DNA of 64,000 bases from Nitrosopumilus sp. (GTDB lineage Archaea; Thermoproteota; Nitrososphaeria; Nitrososphaerales; Nitrosopumilaceae), in contig OZ252243.1 of NCBI GenBank assembly GCA_965249555.1, positions 1,216,001 to 1,280,000 on the forward strand. The letters run 5' to 3'. Numbering within the stretch: position 1 is the stretch's first letter; each line of letters begins with the position of its first letter. Under the pieces are notes generated by a model. That model was not told the origin of the DNA. It searched no databases and saw nothing but the letters and a program-made list of their open reading frames with translations. Positions 9,901 to 20,260 of the stretch are shown here, piece after piece. The position numbers and the translations under genes are program-made.

Positions 9901-12070
9901 AGTTTACCCAGTACCATTTGGTGTATTTGGTGACTTTACTGACAATAATGCTGAATCTCCAGACGGTAGATCATTATTCCCAGTACATCAAACCGGTGTA
10001 AGTGGTGATAATGAATTACAAACAGGAGAAGCCCTTGTTAGCGGAGATCTAACTATTCACGTAAGAGTAAATGATCCAGACTTTGACATTAACCCAGCTG
10101 GTGTAGATTTCATAGCCGCAAATACCGCAACAACTAACGTAGGTCCTGTCAAAATCTCTGTTATCAGAAGTTCTGATGAGGTCGTACTCGGTTACGCAGG
10201 TGGTCCTGCAGCATTAGACGGCTTAATTGACGTCGGTGATGATGCAGCAACCTCAGCACGACAATTTGGTCCAATTGATGAAATTGCACCAAATTCAGGT
10301 ATTTACGAACTTGATCTCACTATCCGATACACTGACGGTCCAGCATCAGCAACATGCCCAAGTGGTTCAGAATATACGCCACTAGATGGCACTGCTGTTG
10401 CAGCAGATAACGAATCAGCAAGATTTGACGCTCCCTCAGACCCAGGTGAGAATTACTGTATCCTACAAGGAGATATTCTCCAAGTAGAATACACTGATCC
10501 TGCCGATGCATCAGGTGACGAAAATACTGTTACTGACTCTGCTACATTTGATCTAAGAAACGGTGTATTGCAATCCGACAAATCAGTTTACATTATCGGT
10601 TCCGACATGATCTTAACACTCATTGAGCCAGACTTTGATCTTGACAATGATGGTGCTGAGACCTATGACTTGGACTTGATCGAATGGGACTCTTCTGCAA
10701 AGACTACTACCATGGGAAACTCTGGTACTGACGCAGTAGCATTCGATCCAGAACCAACAGACTTCAGAGAAACAGGTGACAGTACTGGCATCTTCCAGAT
10801 TGTTATCGAGATTCCTGAAATTCTTAGTGGTAATAACCTTGAAAGAGGTGAAGAAATCATTCTAGAATATACTGATTGGGGTCCATCCGGATCTGACTAT
10901 GTAGGTGATGAAGATGAAGATGTAAACATTACATTATTCACTTCAAACTTCGGTGCAACTGTAAAGCTTGACCAAAAAGTTTACACATGGACTGATAAAG
11001 TCTACATTACCATTGTCGCTCCAGATCACAACTTTGACGGTGATCTAATTGACGAAATTGGAGACGGACGTGCAGACCCAATAAAGGTCTCTACTCGAGG
11101 ATTCGATCTTGACAATTATAAACTCGTTGAAACTGGAACCGACACAGGCATCTTCACCGGTGAAGTAATCCTTACTGGATTTACCTCACATGATGCAGAT
11201 GGCGATGGTGATGATAATGATGCCATAGGTATTACCTATCCATCCACTAACGGCGGTCCAACAGATGGACTATTAGCCACAGATGATGATGACGGACTTA
11301 CAGTATCCTTTGAATTCTCAGAGGATGAAACTGTAGTTGGTTCATCACTTATCAGATGGAATATAGGTGAAACTCAATGGTTAGAGGCAAGCTACCCAGC
11401 TAGCGGAACAGGTGTTGTAAGAATAATTGACCCAGATATGAACTTAAATCCAGAAGCAGTCGACAACTTCGATGTCGATGTGTTCTCTGACTCTGATGGT
11501 GGAGGTATTGACCTTACTGTAACTGAGACTAATGAGGAAACCGGAATATTCGAAGGTACTGTGTTCTTCACAACTACCGATGGATCATCTGGTCACAGAC
11601 TCAGAGTCGCAGAAGGTGATACTGTCACCGCAGAATATGAGGACAATACACTACCAGAACCGTACTCAACTGCAGATGAATTTAAAATCACTGCCACTAC
11701 GCTAATCGGCACTGTAGTACCACCTCTCGAGAGAGCACCAGTTGCTAACTTGAGAACCGTTGATGCATTCGGCAACAGCTTAGATTCTGTTTCCGTTGAC
11801 CAACAGGTACAAATCAGCGCTGACTTGGCAAATGGTCAGGATAGAGAGCAAGCATTTGCATACTTGGTACAGATTCAAGATGGTAACGGTGTTACAGTCT
11901 CACTGGCATGGATTAAAGGTGCACTTACAAGCGGTCAATCATTAAGCCCATCGGTATCATGGCTTCCAACTGAAGTAGGAACATATACTGTTACTGCATT
12001 CGTTTGGGAGTCTGTTGATAATCCAACGGCATTATCACCACCAGTTAGTACAACTGTCAACGTAAGATAA
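6956..12070 (+). CDS. S-layer protein (thaumarchaeal SLP type)
   Basis: Signal peptide MNNELGRKITSLTLMTIMV, acidic composition, repeated ETGxxTGxF Ig-like motifs and C-terminal FVWESVDNPTALSP; T-rich terminator follows. Confidence 0.92.
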   Translation: MNNELGRKITSLTLMTIMVAGGMTFAFPGFMPVAHAANPDLFVSAESSVFENYMSGPQVIEVIVSDPGLTDTDEAKGEPTVTVGGDELRMVQGTDGKWYAYFADRTQAFIADSTTEDVVNEGLNFGNFCGANSDIFSSVPNAILFSETSGVAIPVNQLVGATNGTDAQTALTDCTAFGPNLALHGTAAENVIREAEDVNTSISGNIGQIGLVNTDIWPFIQLYDINPTGNIDVFYDKGGDPQTVRLTFDTVDQLAATGLDKDRTIYPQGAEVHVTITDTWLNIDPTDEDSWTFGTLAGSASTNYQVFDESGGLAGANVVNGVIDISGELSTMMIGDNGILLVDLDAQSVEQDVLILQDNDDSRITCEMPQDASTCKIDGDSTAVISQPVTITESAPNSGVFETFDNGDTSIFAISDKAKQGTTGTIDYNASPVSIETDFSYGSVDIKAVDDEWNSGEEIPVEVVDADQNRNSRVDEDLIVSDPNITIIPALTTGDPFTLGEAGTGGINDIDQQALYVAWPGLTSFGNFTMLGTNNLNATATISVDSFSERALITNMTAVDNGDTNYTTALIIDLATKFSDLTSTITDETSFTGFNLLNVDLRSLSATRTYDVYLLNTTDTTDGIILNVVGLINGAKEIGATLLVDSVDAQSLTLLSSNANDAIFNGNTPGTNSIGLAIVTNNNKTISGNTLVDVNPIVVDFFSFGFSDDGVQASERIANQIIRIEVEESGDNTGVFVGSLEYVMVNQLNIMDKNTYLGIAPIADDPSFIVIEDLTDEDAPQVSYLDIDQEGEATTVSDREAAPSHSGVVSLNQDSYKIADTVIITLEDVDLNVDSSLTDVYTVVATNDADVDNDQVGKDVDSDLETFSFGSQGRLLDVTFDDAKWTDEDACNPGGFDGLADTGFTLKETGPATGVFEGSFLIQADWCRPDGKSDTTGIPETTTGLDIEVNYVDYRDASGEIIEVGDSAGVRANTGSVSLDRTVYPVPFGVFGDFTDNNAESPDGRSLFPVHQTGVSGDNELQTGEALVSGDLTIHVRVNDPDFDINPAGVDFIAANTATTNVGPVKISVIRSSDEVVLGYAGGPAALDGLIDVGDDAATSARQFGPIDEIAPNSGIYELDLTIRYTDGPASATCPSGSEYTPLDGTAVAADNESARFDAPSDPGENYCILQGDILQVEYTDPADASGDENTVTDSATFDLRNGVLQSDKSVYIIGSDMILTLIEPDFDLDNDGAETYDLDLIEWDSSAKTTTMGNSGTDAVAFDPEPTDFRETGDSTGIFQIVIEIPEILSGNNLERGEEIILEYTDWGPSGSDYVGDEDEDVNITLFTSNFGATVKLDQKVYTWTDKVYITIVAPDHNFDGDLIDEIGDGRADPIKVSTRGFDLDNYKLVETGTDTGIFTGEVILTGFTSHDADGDGDDNDAIGITYPSTNGGPTDGLLATDDDDGLTVSFEFSEDETVVGSSLIRWNIGETQWLEASYPASGTGVVRIIDPDMNLNPEAVDNFDVDVFSDSDGGGIDLTVTETNEETGIFEGTVFFTTTDGSSGHRLRVAEGDTVTAEYEDNTLPEPYSTADEFKITATTLIGTVVPPLERAPVANLRTVDAFGNSLDSVSVDQQVQISADLANGQDREQAFAYLVQIQDGNGVTVSLAWIKGALTSGQSLSPSVSWLPTEVGTYTVTAFVWESVDNPTALSPPVSTTVNVR

Positions 12071-12177
12071 AACTAGTTCAAACTTTCCCTTTTTTCTTTT
12101 TTTGAATCCCACTTAACGATAGTTATGGACAATTTTTCCAGAAGTAATATCTAGTAGACCATTAACAATTAATTAAA

Positions 12178-13152
12178 ATGAAATTGCAAATTTTATTTTC
12201 TGCATTGATGGTTCTTCTACTTGTAAATACTCCTAATTCATTTTCAGAACTTGAGTTATCTACCAACAGTAAGGTTTACTCTCCTGCACATAATTTACAA
12301 ATTTATGGGACTGGATTGCCTGAAGAAAACCTGATTATACGACTTTTTGCTCCTGATGAAACAATTGCAAAATTTGATCAAATTACTACCAAACCCGACG
12401 GTTCTTTTAATTATGGGCTGTTTATCTGGCCAGAACCTTCAACAAGCTTTCCATACGGAACATACACAGTTGAGGTAATTAGTACTGAACAGAATGGAGT
12501 TTCTAAAAAAATTGATGTAAAGTTCTCATCTACAACTGAACTGCTTGATGTAACTGTGGAAAGATTTGTGAATACTTTGGTCTTTGCACCTGAAACTGCA
12601 GCAAAGAATCAATCATTTCGAGTCTTTGTGCAAACAACTAGTGATGGTCTTTTAATTGGAAATGATCCCACTGAACTGCTGAGAACAACTCATGTCCATT
12701 TACCGTCCGGTCTTTCTGTTTCTTTGGCCAAGTCATTTAATGCATTACACCAAGGATTGTACTTTGTTGACTATACTGCAAGAGAAGAAGGAACACATGT
12801 CTTTCATGTTGTTGCTTTTAGTCAGGGAACGACATCTCATGGTTCTGCTGCAACAAACGTTCTAAGTCAAGATCTTGGCGGAATTTCTAATCAAATAATT
12901 AAGCTAAATTCTATTCTGGATGATACCTCAAGTGAGCTTGATAATCTGAAATCTGAAATTCAAGGATTTGATACTACTTTGGAGCATGCAAGTAGTCAAA
13001 TTGATGAAAATATTGGAACCATATCTGGTTCTGTCAAATCCATTAGTGAAGCTTCCTCTCAACTCAATGCATTGATGTTACCAATTATTGCATCTATTGG
13101 ACTTATTGTAGCCTTGCAGGTTACAATTCTTGCACGAAGAAGACAGTTATAA
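12178..13152 (+). CDS. Secreted protein with coiled coil and C-terminal membrane anchor (possible S-layer-associated stalk)
   Basis: Signal peptide, Ig-like region, heptad stretch and terminal TM helix; adjacent to the SLP gene. Confidence 0.7.
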   Translation: MKLQILFSALMVLLLVNTPNSFSELELSTNSKVYSPAHNLQIYGTGLPEENLIIRLFAPDETIAKFDQITTKPDGSFNYGLFIWPEPSTSFPYGTYTVEVISTEQNGVSKKIDVKFSSTTELLDVTVERFVNTLVFAPETAAKNQSFRVFVQTTSDGLLIGNDPTELLRTTHVHLPSGLSVSLAKSFNALHQGLYFVDYTAREEGTHVFHVVAFSQGTTSHGSAATNVLSQDLGGISNQIIKLNSILDDTSSELDNLKSEIQGFDTTLEHASSQIDENIGTISGSVKSISEASSQLNALMLPIIASIGLIVALQVTILARRRQL

Positions 13153-13180
13153 TAATGCTACAACAAAAGAAAATTTACTG

Positions 13181-16100
13181 ATGTCCAAAGTGGCGATCTT
13201 CTTTTCGATAATACTGCTTTCCACTGTGGCGACAAATTCCTACGCATTTGTTCCTGGTGATATGGTCTTTGAAGAAAGTATGCCAAAACAAATTGAATTT
13301 GATTCAGGTATTGTTCAAATTGATTCTGACTTTTTTGCCGAAAGTAATTTCAAGCGGTATCTAGTTTTTGGAACAAACTCACAAGATTCTGATCTCTTAA
13401 AAAACAGTTCTTTGCATGGAATTCATTCTGATAGCGGATTTTTTTATGTAACTGTACTTTCAGAGAAGAATGCATCAAGTCTAGTCTCTCAAGGATATGA
13501 TGTAATTGAAGATTTTCAATTGGATTTTCATTCCACTGATGACCTAGATGACGCATCTAGAATTGCTCAGATATCTCGCTCTGATATTGCACAAAAAAAC
13601 TATGGTGTTACAGGAAATGGGACAACAATTGCAATTATAGATACTGGCGTTGATTTTTCCAATCCGGACATTCAACATTCTCTTGCCAGAGATGAGAAAA
13701 ATCATCCTATAATGCTTGATCCTGACGGTCAAGGAATTGTTTTAACAAATGCAACTTTTTTTGCATATATTGATGAAAATGAAATTATCAGAAATTATAG
13801 TAAACCTATTCCATCTCACATGACATCCTCAGCATATGTAACAAAACAAGGAGTTTTTCTAGATGTGTCCCAAGGTGGAAAGGGAAGTCAAATCTCAATT
13901 TACAATTCATTTTTTCCACAACTAGGTTCTTCAATAATTTTTAATGGAACTTTGGCTGATGATATGAAAATTGGTGATGATAACAGAAATTATATCAAAT
14001 CAAAAAGTGGTGTGTATCATCTTGGTATAATTTATCAAGGTGCTACACAAGGACCTTTGGCACAAATACAAGTTGTACCTGTATTGGTAGTTGATTCATT
14101 CATTTCTGGAGTTTATGATACTATAATTCCTGATATGAGTACTTCGTGGGAAGATTATACCCGGTTTGATCTGGAAGCAGATCAAGAACCAGAGTATGAT
14201 TTTGATTTTACTGATGAGAAACCAATTGTGCTAGGTAGTGGAAAAGAATTTCTTGTGTATGATTCAAACAATGACGGAAAAAATGATTATAGCGCGGGAA
14301 CATTTGGCGCACAAGTTTTGGATGTTTATGGGGTAATGCAAAATAAGACTGCAGACATTGATGATACGTTAAATGCAATTAATGGAACATTACTTCCTAC
14401 GCTAGATCCTGATGGCGAATTTTTTGGTTTGATGACTGATTTTGTGGGACATGGCACGTCCAGTGCCGCATCTATTACTTCAAGAGGACATGAAGTTTAT
14501 GACATCTATAACAGTACTGAGAGATTTACCATAACTGGTGTAGCTCCTGGTGCAAAGATTCTTCCTGTAAAGGCATTGTGGTTTGGCGATACAGTTTATG
14601 GATGGTTGTGGTCTGCTGGATTTGATAATGCAAAACATGATTGGAAATTTTCAGGAAAGACCAGAGTTGATATAATTTCAAACAGCTGGGGCGTATCTGC
14701 ATTTCCTTCCTTTAGGACATCTCCTGGAATGGATGCCCTCTCATTGATTCTTAGCGTACTTGTAACACCTCATTCCTTGGATGATGATTATCCCGGAGTA
14801 ACAATAGTTTCTAGTGCTGGAAACACTGGACATGGGTATGGAACAATAGGATTGCCAAGTGCATCACCCTTTGGAATTTCAGTTGGAGCAACCACTAATA
14901 ATGTATTTGTGGGTTATGGCCCATTCAAAGATCAACCCAGATTTGGAAACACGATATCTCATTACAATGATGTAGTTGATTTCTCTAGTAGGGGCCCCAG
15001 CTCTATTGGTGATCCAAAACCTGATTTGATGAGCATAGGTGCGTATGGATTTGCTCCGTCAAGTGTCTTAAAAATTAAAAAAGATTCAAAGGATGAATCC
15101 TTTTCTCTGTTTGGCGGGACCAGCATGGCAGCACCTATCGTATCTGGCAGTGCGGCAATTTTGATGGAAGGTATGAAAAACCAATCCCAAAACATTGATC
15201 CATTCACAATCAAAAATATTCTAATGTCTACTGCAACTGATCTGAAAAACGATCCATTTACTCAAGGATCCGGATTAGTTGATGTCTCTTCAGCTTTGGA
15301 TTATGTGAATGGAAGAGACGGATTGTTTATGGTATATAATGATGCATCATACCAGAACATCAAAAAAATTCTAGATTCCGCAATAGATAACGTGAATTCA
15401 ACTGCAATCGGATTTGAAAAATTCCAATTGCCTTCTAATTCTATACCCATGACTAGTTGGTTTGCAGGGCAATTACTTCCAGGTGAGAGAAGCTCTGCTA
15501 CTTTTACTATAGTTAATCCCTCTGAAAATGAAATCAAAATTAATGTGGTGCCAAAAAAATTATCGTTAATTGCTAAAAATGAGTTTAACGGAGTAACTGC
15601 TGTACATCAACAAGATTCAATACTTAACAAATCTGGAACCTATATTCCAAATTATGTTAAACTTTCAGATGTAAAACCCCATTTTTCCCTGGATGAATTT
15701 TTTGATGAGACAGATCCCATTCCTGATGATTCCTCATTGATGATACTTGATGTAAATTTTCCATTTGATTCATTCATGAATGATACTTTGGGCGTCTATG
15801 CCAGTGATATCAAAATCTCTTCTTTGTATATTTACGACTGGCTTGACAATAATAATGATACAAAAATTTCAAGTGATGAATTGTCCTTAGTGAATAGAGC
15901 CGGCTCTTGGGGGACTGTTCAAGAACTTAGAGTCACTGATCCGAATGAAAAATTTGAAGGAACCCCCCTAGTTGGGGTATATCCCGTCCCGACAAGATTT
16001 TCTTACTGGTTGGGCGATACAAATATGAATTCTACCTCGATGGATTACACATTATCTGCAAGTTATTACCAAAAAGAAAAATGGTCTGTAATCTGGCCTC

Positions 16101-16966
16101 AATCTCAAACAGTTACTGTACCCCCAAAAGATGCTGCTACAATTGATGTAACATTGATTGCACCAACTGATCTGCAAACTGGAGTCTATCAGGGATTTCT
16201 TACTTTTGAAGGAGAGAAACATTTGGTAAATGCTCCGGTATCTTTTGTAATAAAACAATTAGTTGATCAAAATGATTCTTTTGTAATTGTCAAAGGCAAA
16301 CAAAGCAATGATGTTCTTTATGGTAATGGATACATCAAAGGCGCATTTGATATGGCTAGCCGCTATATGGCAGGAGATTGGAGACAATATTATTTTGACA
16401 TCCAAGATGAATCAATTAATTCAGCAGCGGTTGAACTTTCATGGATTGCCGATGATACTAATCTGGCTGTCTTTGTAATGGATCCATCCGGGCAAATCGT
16501 CCAAACAAATGTTCCATCTGGAGTATTTGGTCATTTTCTAGGATGGCCCTCTCTTGACTGGTTGGGTAATTCTATCTTTAGTCAAGGTGGTGGATTTTTT
16601 CCTGTAAAAAATAAGGATGATACATCCACTGTTCTCTATGTTCCAATCAACCAAACCGGCACTTACACTCTTTTGACACACTCTACGTTGTTTGGAGGAA
16701 ATTCCACAACAGAACCCATTACACTTGCAGTAAAATTTACAAACATCTCCCCCCAAACTGAACAAGCAGAGACAGAGTTTGAATCAGATGATTCTATTTT
16801 AGAGAATGACTATGACACAATTTCTAAAACAAAAACTACTTTTGATGATTCTTTTCCAATAAATAACTCTGATTCATCTTTCAGTCTTGGAATTGTTATT
16901 GGACTAGTTGTTGGTGCTGCGATCGGAGTTGTTATCATATTCATCATTAGAATAAAACCTAACTAA
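13181..16966 (+). CDS. Membrane-anchored subtilisin-like S8 serine protease
   Basis: DTG, HGT, SAGN and GTSMA catalytic motifs; signal peptide from ATG 13181; C-terminal TM. Confidence 0.93.
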   Translation: MSKVAIFFSIILLSTVATNSYAFVPGDMVFEESMPKQIEFDSGIVQIDSDFFAESNFKRYLVFGTNSQDSDLLKNSSLHGIHSDSGFFYVTVLSEKNASSLVSQGYDVIEDFQLDFHSTDDLDDASRIAQISRSDIAQKNYGVTGNGTTIAIIDTGVDFSNPDIQHSLARDEKNHPIMLDPDGQGIVLTNATFFAYIDENEIIRNYSKPIPSHMTSSAYVTKQGVFLDVSQGGKGSQISIYNSFFPQLGSSIIFNGTLADDMKIGDDNRNYIKSKSGVYHLGIIYQGATQGPLAQIQVVPVLVVDSFISGVYDTIIPDMSTSWEDYTRFDLEADQEPEYDFDFTDEKPIVLGSGKEFLVYDSNNDGKNDYSAGTFGAQVLDVYGVMQNKTADIDDTLNAINGTLLPTLDPDGEFFGLMTDFVGHGTSSAASITSRGHEVYDIYNSTERFTITGVAPGAKILPVKALWFGDTVYGWLWSAGFDNAKHDWKFSGKTRVDIISNSWGVSAFPSFRTSPGMDALSLILSVLVTPHSLDDDYPGVTIVSSAGNTGHGYGTIGLPSASPFGISVGATTNNVFVGYGPFKDQPRFGNTISHYNDVVDFSSRGPSSIGDPKPDLMSIGAYGFAPSSVLKIKKDSKDESFSLFGGTSMAAPIVSGSAAILMEGMKNQSQNIDPFTIKNILMSTATDLKNDPFTQGSGLVDVSSALDYVNGRDGLFMVYNDASYQNIKKILDSAIDNVNSTAIGFEKFQLPSNSIPMTSWFAGQLLPGERSSATFTIVNPSENEIKINVVPKKLSLIAKNEFNGVTAVHQQDSILNKSGTYIPNYVKLSDVKPHFSLDEFFDETDPIPDDSSLMILDVNFPFDSFMNDTLGVYASDIKISSLYIYDWLDNNNDTKISSDELSLVNRAGSWGTVQELRVTDPNEKFEGTPLVGVYPVPTRFSYWLGDTNMNSTSMDYTLSASYYQKEKWSVIWPQSQTVTVPPKDAATIDVTLIAPTDLQTGVYQGFLTFEGEKHLVNAPVSFVIKQLVDQNDSFVIVKGKQSNDVLYGNGYIKGAFDMASRYMAGDWRQYYFDIQDESINSAAVELSWIADDTNLAVFVMDPSGQIVQTNVPSGVFGHFLGWPSLDWLGNSIFSQGGGFFPVKNKDDTSTVLYVPINQTGTYTLLTHSTLFGGNSTTEPITLAVKFTNISPQTEQAETEFESDDSILENDYDTISKTKTTFDDSFPINNSDSSFSLGIVIGLVVGAAIGVVIIFIIRIKPN

Positions 16967-17011
16967 TAGTTGAACAAGGTTTATAAGCAATTTGGCGAGT
17001 TAGTCAGCTGA

Positions 17012-17617
17012 ATGTCAGAGCTTGGGACAAAAAAGTCTGGCGGATTATCCAGAAGAGACTTTCTAAAGTTAATCGGCGCCGCAGGCACAGGTTTAGCGTT
17101 TGCTCCATTTATTCCGTTTGGTAATTTTATGCCAAACCCCAATCAGGCGTCCCTTGAAAAAGTACCAGTAATTTTACCTGATGGCACACATGCAAATATC
17201 AATACTTATCCGGTTAATTTTTCTGAAGTTATTACATATCCAGCTACTGGTGATCCTGCACTTGATGCAGAAGCATTTCGTAAATGGCAATTCATAAGAT
17301 TACCTGAAGAATTAGGTGGTGCAAAAAATGACCTATCTGCCCTCAGAATATACAGCATGATATGTCTTCATCTTTGGTGTTTGTGGAAATATTGGCCAGA
17401 TGAGGGAAGAAAGAGAGGTGAGTGTCCCTGTCATGGCAGTATGTATGATCCAACTACTGGAACAGCTTTTGTAGGCCCTGCATCAGTGCAAGCCCCGCCA
17501 TCTAACACTCTAGCTGAATTATATTTTGAATTTGACTCGGATGGATTTGTATATATCTTGCCGCCAAAGTTTGATGTAAATGCTAATGGAGTAATTGGAT
17601 ATGGCCGTTTCGCTTGA
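17012..17617 (+). CDS. petC: Rieske 2Fe-2S protein of complex III (Tat signal)
   Basis: SRRDFLK, CLHLWC, CPCHGS. Confidence 0.93.
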   Translation: MSELGTKKSGGLSRRDFLKLIGAAGTGLAFAPFIPFGNFMPNPNQASLEKVPVILPDGTHANINTYPVNFSEVITYPATGDPALDAEAFRKWQFIRLPEELGGAKNDLSALRIYSMICLHLWCLWKYWPDEGRKRGECPCHGSMYDPTTGTAFVGPASVQAPPSNTLAELYFEFDSDGFVYILPPKFDVNANGVIGYGRFA

Positions 17618-19172
17618 AAGAAGAACCGGCCTAGTCGCCCTCATTTACTGGGTATGGGATGGGATAGATAGAACAATCTTTACTGCAATAAAGTTTTCAT
17701 TCCCTGCTAGATTTGTTAGTCCGTTTGGATTCTTGGGCATGCTTACCTTTGTTGTATTTATCATTCTTGGGGTTTCAGGAGCTCTGCTCATGTTTTATTA
17801 CCAACCCATTTTGGATAGGGCCTGGGATAGCGTCCAATTCATCAATGATGATGTTCCATTTGGTTTCCACATAAGAAACATTCACTATCATGGCTCCAAT
17901 GCAATGGTACTCTTGGCTGTTCTTCACATGTATTACCAATACTTTAGTGGACGATACAAGATCAGAAATGAGGTTTTATGGATGACTGGTGTCATTCTCG
18001 GCGTTGTTACTATTCTTGAAGCATTTACTGGATATGATGTTATATTTAGTGAAAGAGCAGAACTTGCAATTAGTATTGCGGCGTCTCTGACTACGTCAAT
18101 TCCTGTTGTCGGACCGACGATTCGCGATGCGGCACTTGGTAGTGGGTTCTCGGACTTTGTATTGAGATTCTATGCGCAACATGTGTTCTTGCTACCAATT
18201 GTAATGCTAGGATTGATGGCAGTTCATTTCCCAAGATTCTTGGTATTTGATGTTCCTATGGTTATGGCAATTTCTGGCGCTATTCTCATCACAGGTGGCG
18301 TGTTTCCAATTGATCTGGGATTCAAGTTTGAGCCGACAGTCCCGCCGGGTGTAACGGTTCCTGAATGGTATCTTACAGGAATTTATGCATTCATGAGGAC
18401 TCAATATGACAAGTTTGTAACAGGACTGCTGTGGCCGTTGGTATTTCTTGCCGCATTTATTGTTGTTCCGTTCATTGATAGATACAAAAAATTCTCATGG
18501 AGGGAAAGACCGATAGTTACAGCATTTGGAATTACCAGTATCGCTCAGATTATGGTTACCACATATTGGGGATTCTATATTTCACCTGATGTCTCAATTC
18601 CATTAGTAGAGCGTTTGGTAATTGATCCAATATTCTTCTATGCTACAATGATATTGCTGCTTCCACTGGGATTTGGATTCACATATATGATGATTAAACT
18701 TGCAAATGAGGCTGAAAGAAAATCAAAACTTGCAAAAAGTAAAGGTCCACAGAAAGTTGCCACAATCAACCTATCTGAAAAATGGATTAACTGGCTACTA
18801 ATTGCACTGTTGGCATTCCAAGTATTCCTAAACATTGCAGCATATAATGCAGCTTTGACAGGAATGAAGAACATGTCATTGTTCTTTGTTGGAATAATCT
18901 TGTTGGTATTTGCAGCATTCTTCCATGTTTACAGATATGCTTTGAGTGAGGAAAAGAATGCACCGCCACCTCCGCCAGTTCCAGTACAGGAAGAAAAACC
19001 AAGACTAGATGCACCCAAATCTGAACCAAGTAAGCTTCCAGATGACACTGCACAAGAAAAACCAAAAGAATTAACTCAAAAAGTTCCTACACAGACTCGG
19101 GCAGATTTGGGAGTTGGTGCAGAAAACAATCCTAATCTTGGTTCTGATGATCTTGAGGGATTGAAGAAATGA
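17601..19172 (+). CDS. petB: Cytochrome b of complex III
   Basis: Heme-ligand histidines (RNIHYH, VLHM), PEWY motif, many TM helices. Confidence 0.93.
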   Translation: MAVSLERRTGLVALIYWVWDGIDRTIFTAIKFSFPARFVSPFGFLGMLTFVVFIILGVSGALLMFYYQPILDRAWDSVQFINDDVPFGFHIRNIHYHGSNAMVLLAVLHMYYQYFSGRYKIRNEVLWMTGVILGVVTILEAFTGYDVIFSERAELAISIAASLTTSIPVVGPTIRDAALGSGFSDFVLRFYAQHVFLLPIVMLGLMAVHFPRFLVFDVPMVMAISGAILITGGVFPIDLGFKFEPTVPPGVTVPEWYLTGIYAFMRTQYDKFVTGLLWPLVFLAAFIVVPFIDRYKKFSWRERPIVTAFGITSIAQIMVTTYWGFYISPDVSIPLVERLVIDPIFFYATMILLLPLGFGFTYMMIKLANEAERKSKLAKSKGPQKVATINLSEKWINWLLIALLAFQVFLNIAAYNAALTGMKNMSLFFVGIILLVFAAFFHVYRYALSEEKNAPPPPPVPVQEEKPRLDAPKSEPSKLPDDTAQEKPKELTQKVPTQTRADLGVGAENNPNLGSDDLEGLKK

Positions 19173-19630
19173 GTGCACCTACATCAAGCCACGCGTATGG
19201 TATAGGAGTAATTGCACTAATCATCGGCATGTCAGTCTCCATAGTGTTTTACACTTCATTTTATATTCCTGAATCTCTGGCAAAGCCATCTGTATCTGAA
19301 CATATCCTAAATCCTGAAAAAGATCTTATCATTGAAATTGTTCCAGGTGCAGTAATTGAAGGAAACGAGAATTATGTTCCAAATAAAGCAAATGCGTTAT
19401 TGAATATTAATAACAAAGTAATTTGGAAAAATTTGGATGATACTCCCCACACTGTAACTCCTGATCATAGAGCATCTGATAGCTATAGTGGTGACTTTGG
19501 TTCTTCTGGTGTCCTAAAACCTGGTGAAGACTATGAATTCCTATTTACAGAGCCTCAAGAGATCCATTATCACTGTGAACCACATCCGTGGATGACTGGT
19601 TCTATCAATGTAGAAAAGAGTAGGTTCTAG
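19169..19630 (+). CDS. Membrane-anchored blue (type 1) copper protein, plastocyanin-like
   Basis: PHTVT and YHCEPHPWM copper ligands; in an operon with Rieske and cytochrome b. Confidence 0.9.
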   Translation: MSAPTSSHAYGIGVIALIIGMSVSIVFYTSFYIPESLAKPSVSEHILNPEKDLIIEIVPGAVIEGNENYVPNKANALLNINNKVIWKNLDDTPHTVTPDHRASDSYSGDFGSSGVLKPGEDYEFLFTEPQEIHYHCEPHPWMTGSINVEKSRF

Positions 19631-19977
19631 ATAGAATATTTTGCAAAAATTATTTGACTTTCAATTTCTTTGTGTTGCTCAATAATTGACACTCTAAATT
19701 TTATTTCATGTTCTTGTTTTGGTTCAAATTTTATTAATGCAATAAATTCTGCCTTGTTTTCAGGCATCACATCTTTGTTAATAAATAATCTTGAGACATT
19801 TTGTGAAATATTTTTTCCATTATATGATTTGTATGTTATGTGTTCATTTGAATCCAAAATTTGAGTATTTATCACAACTCCATCATATCTTCCAGGATAT
19901 GAAACAGAAATTGCCCCCTTAATTTCGGAATTTGGGTGAATGTCAGTTGAATTTAGTTTGAATTCTATATCTTTCAC
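19627..19977 (-). CDS. Hypothetical protein (beta-sandwich-like)
   Basis: 116-aa ORF convergent with the complex III operon. Confidence 0.7.
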   Translation of the reverse strand: MKDIEFKLNSTDIHPNSEIKGAISVSYPGRYDGVVINTQILDSNEHITYKSYNGKNISQNVSRLFINKDVMPENKAEFIALIKFEPKQEHEIKFRVSIIEQHKEIESQIIFAKYSI

Positions 19978-20200
19978 GAAAACATCATCTCCAAGTCAGA
20001 ATAAATAATTTTGTTAAGCGAGCCCGAAGGGCTTTTGAGCATTTTTATGAAAAGTCCCGGATTTCATTAATTTCAAACAATTACGATATTGGTATATTTC
20101 AAATATTAAAGAATATCTGCATCCGGTTCTGTTAACTTGACGGAGCTTGGATCATAATCTTTACACTGTTCAATCTTAGGATGTTTTCAACCAATCTCAA

Positions 20201-20242
20201 AGAGTGTTCATTTAGGGTGCTAGAGTGTTAAGTTAGGGTGCT
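20201..20242. repeat. 21-bp tandem repeat x2
   Basis: AGAGTGTTCATTTAGGGTGCT / AGAGTGTTAAGTTAGGGTGCT (2 mismatches). Confidence 0.85.
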
Positions 20243-20260
20243 GTAAATGGTAGTTTATGT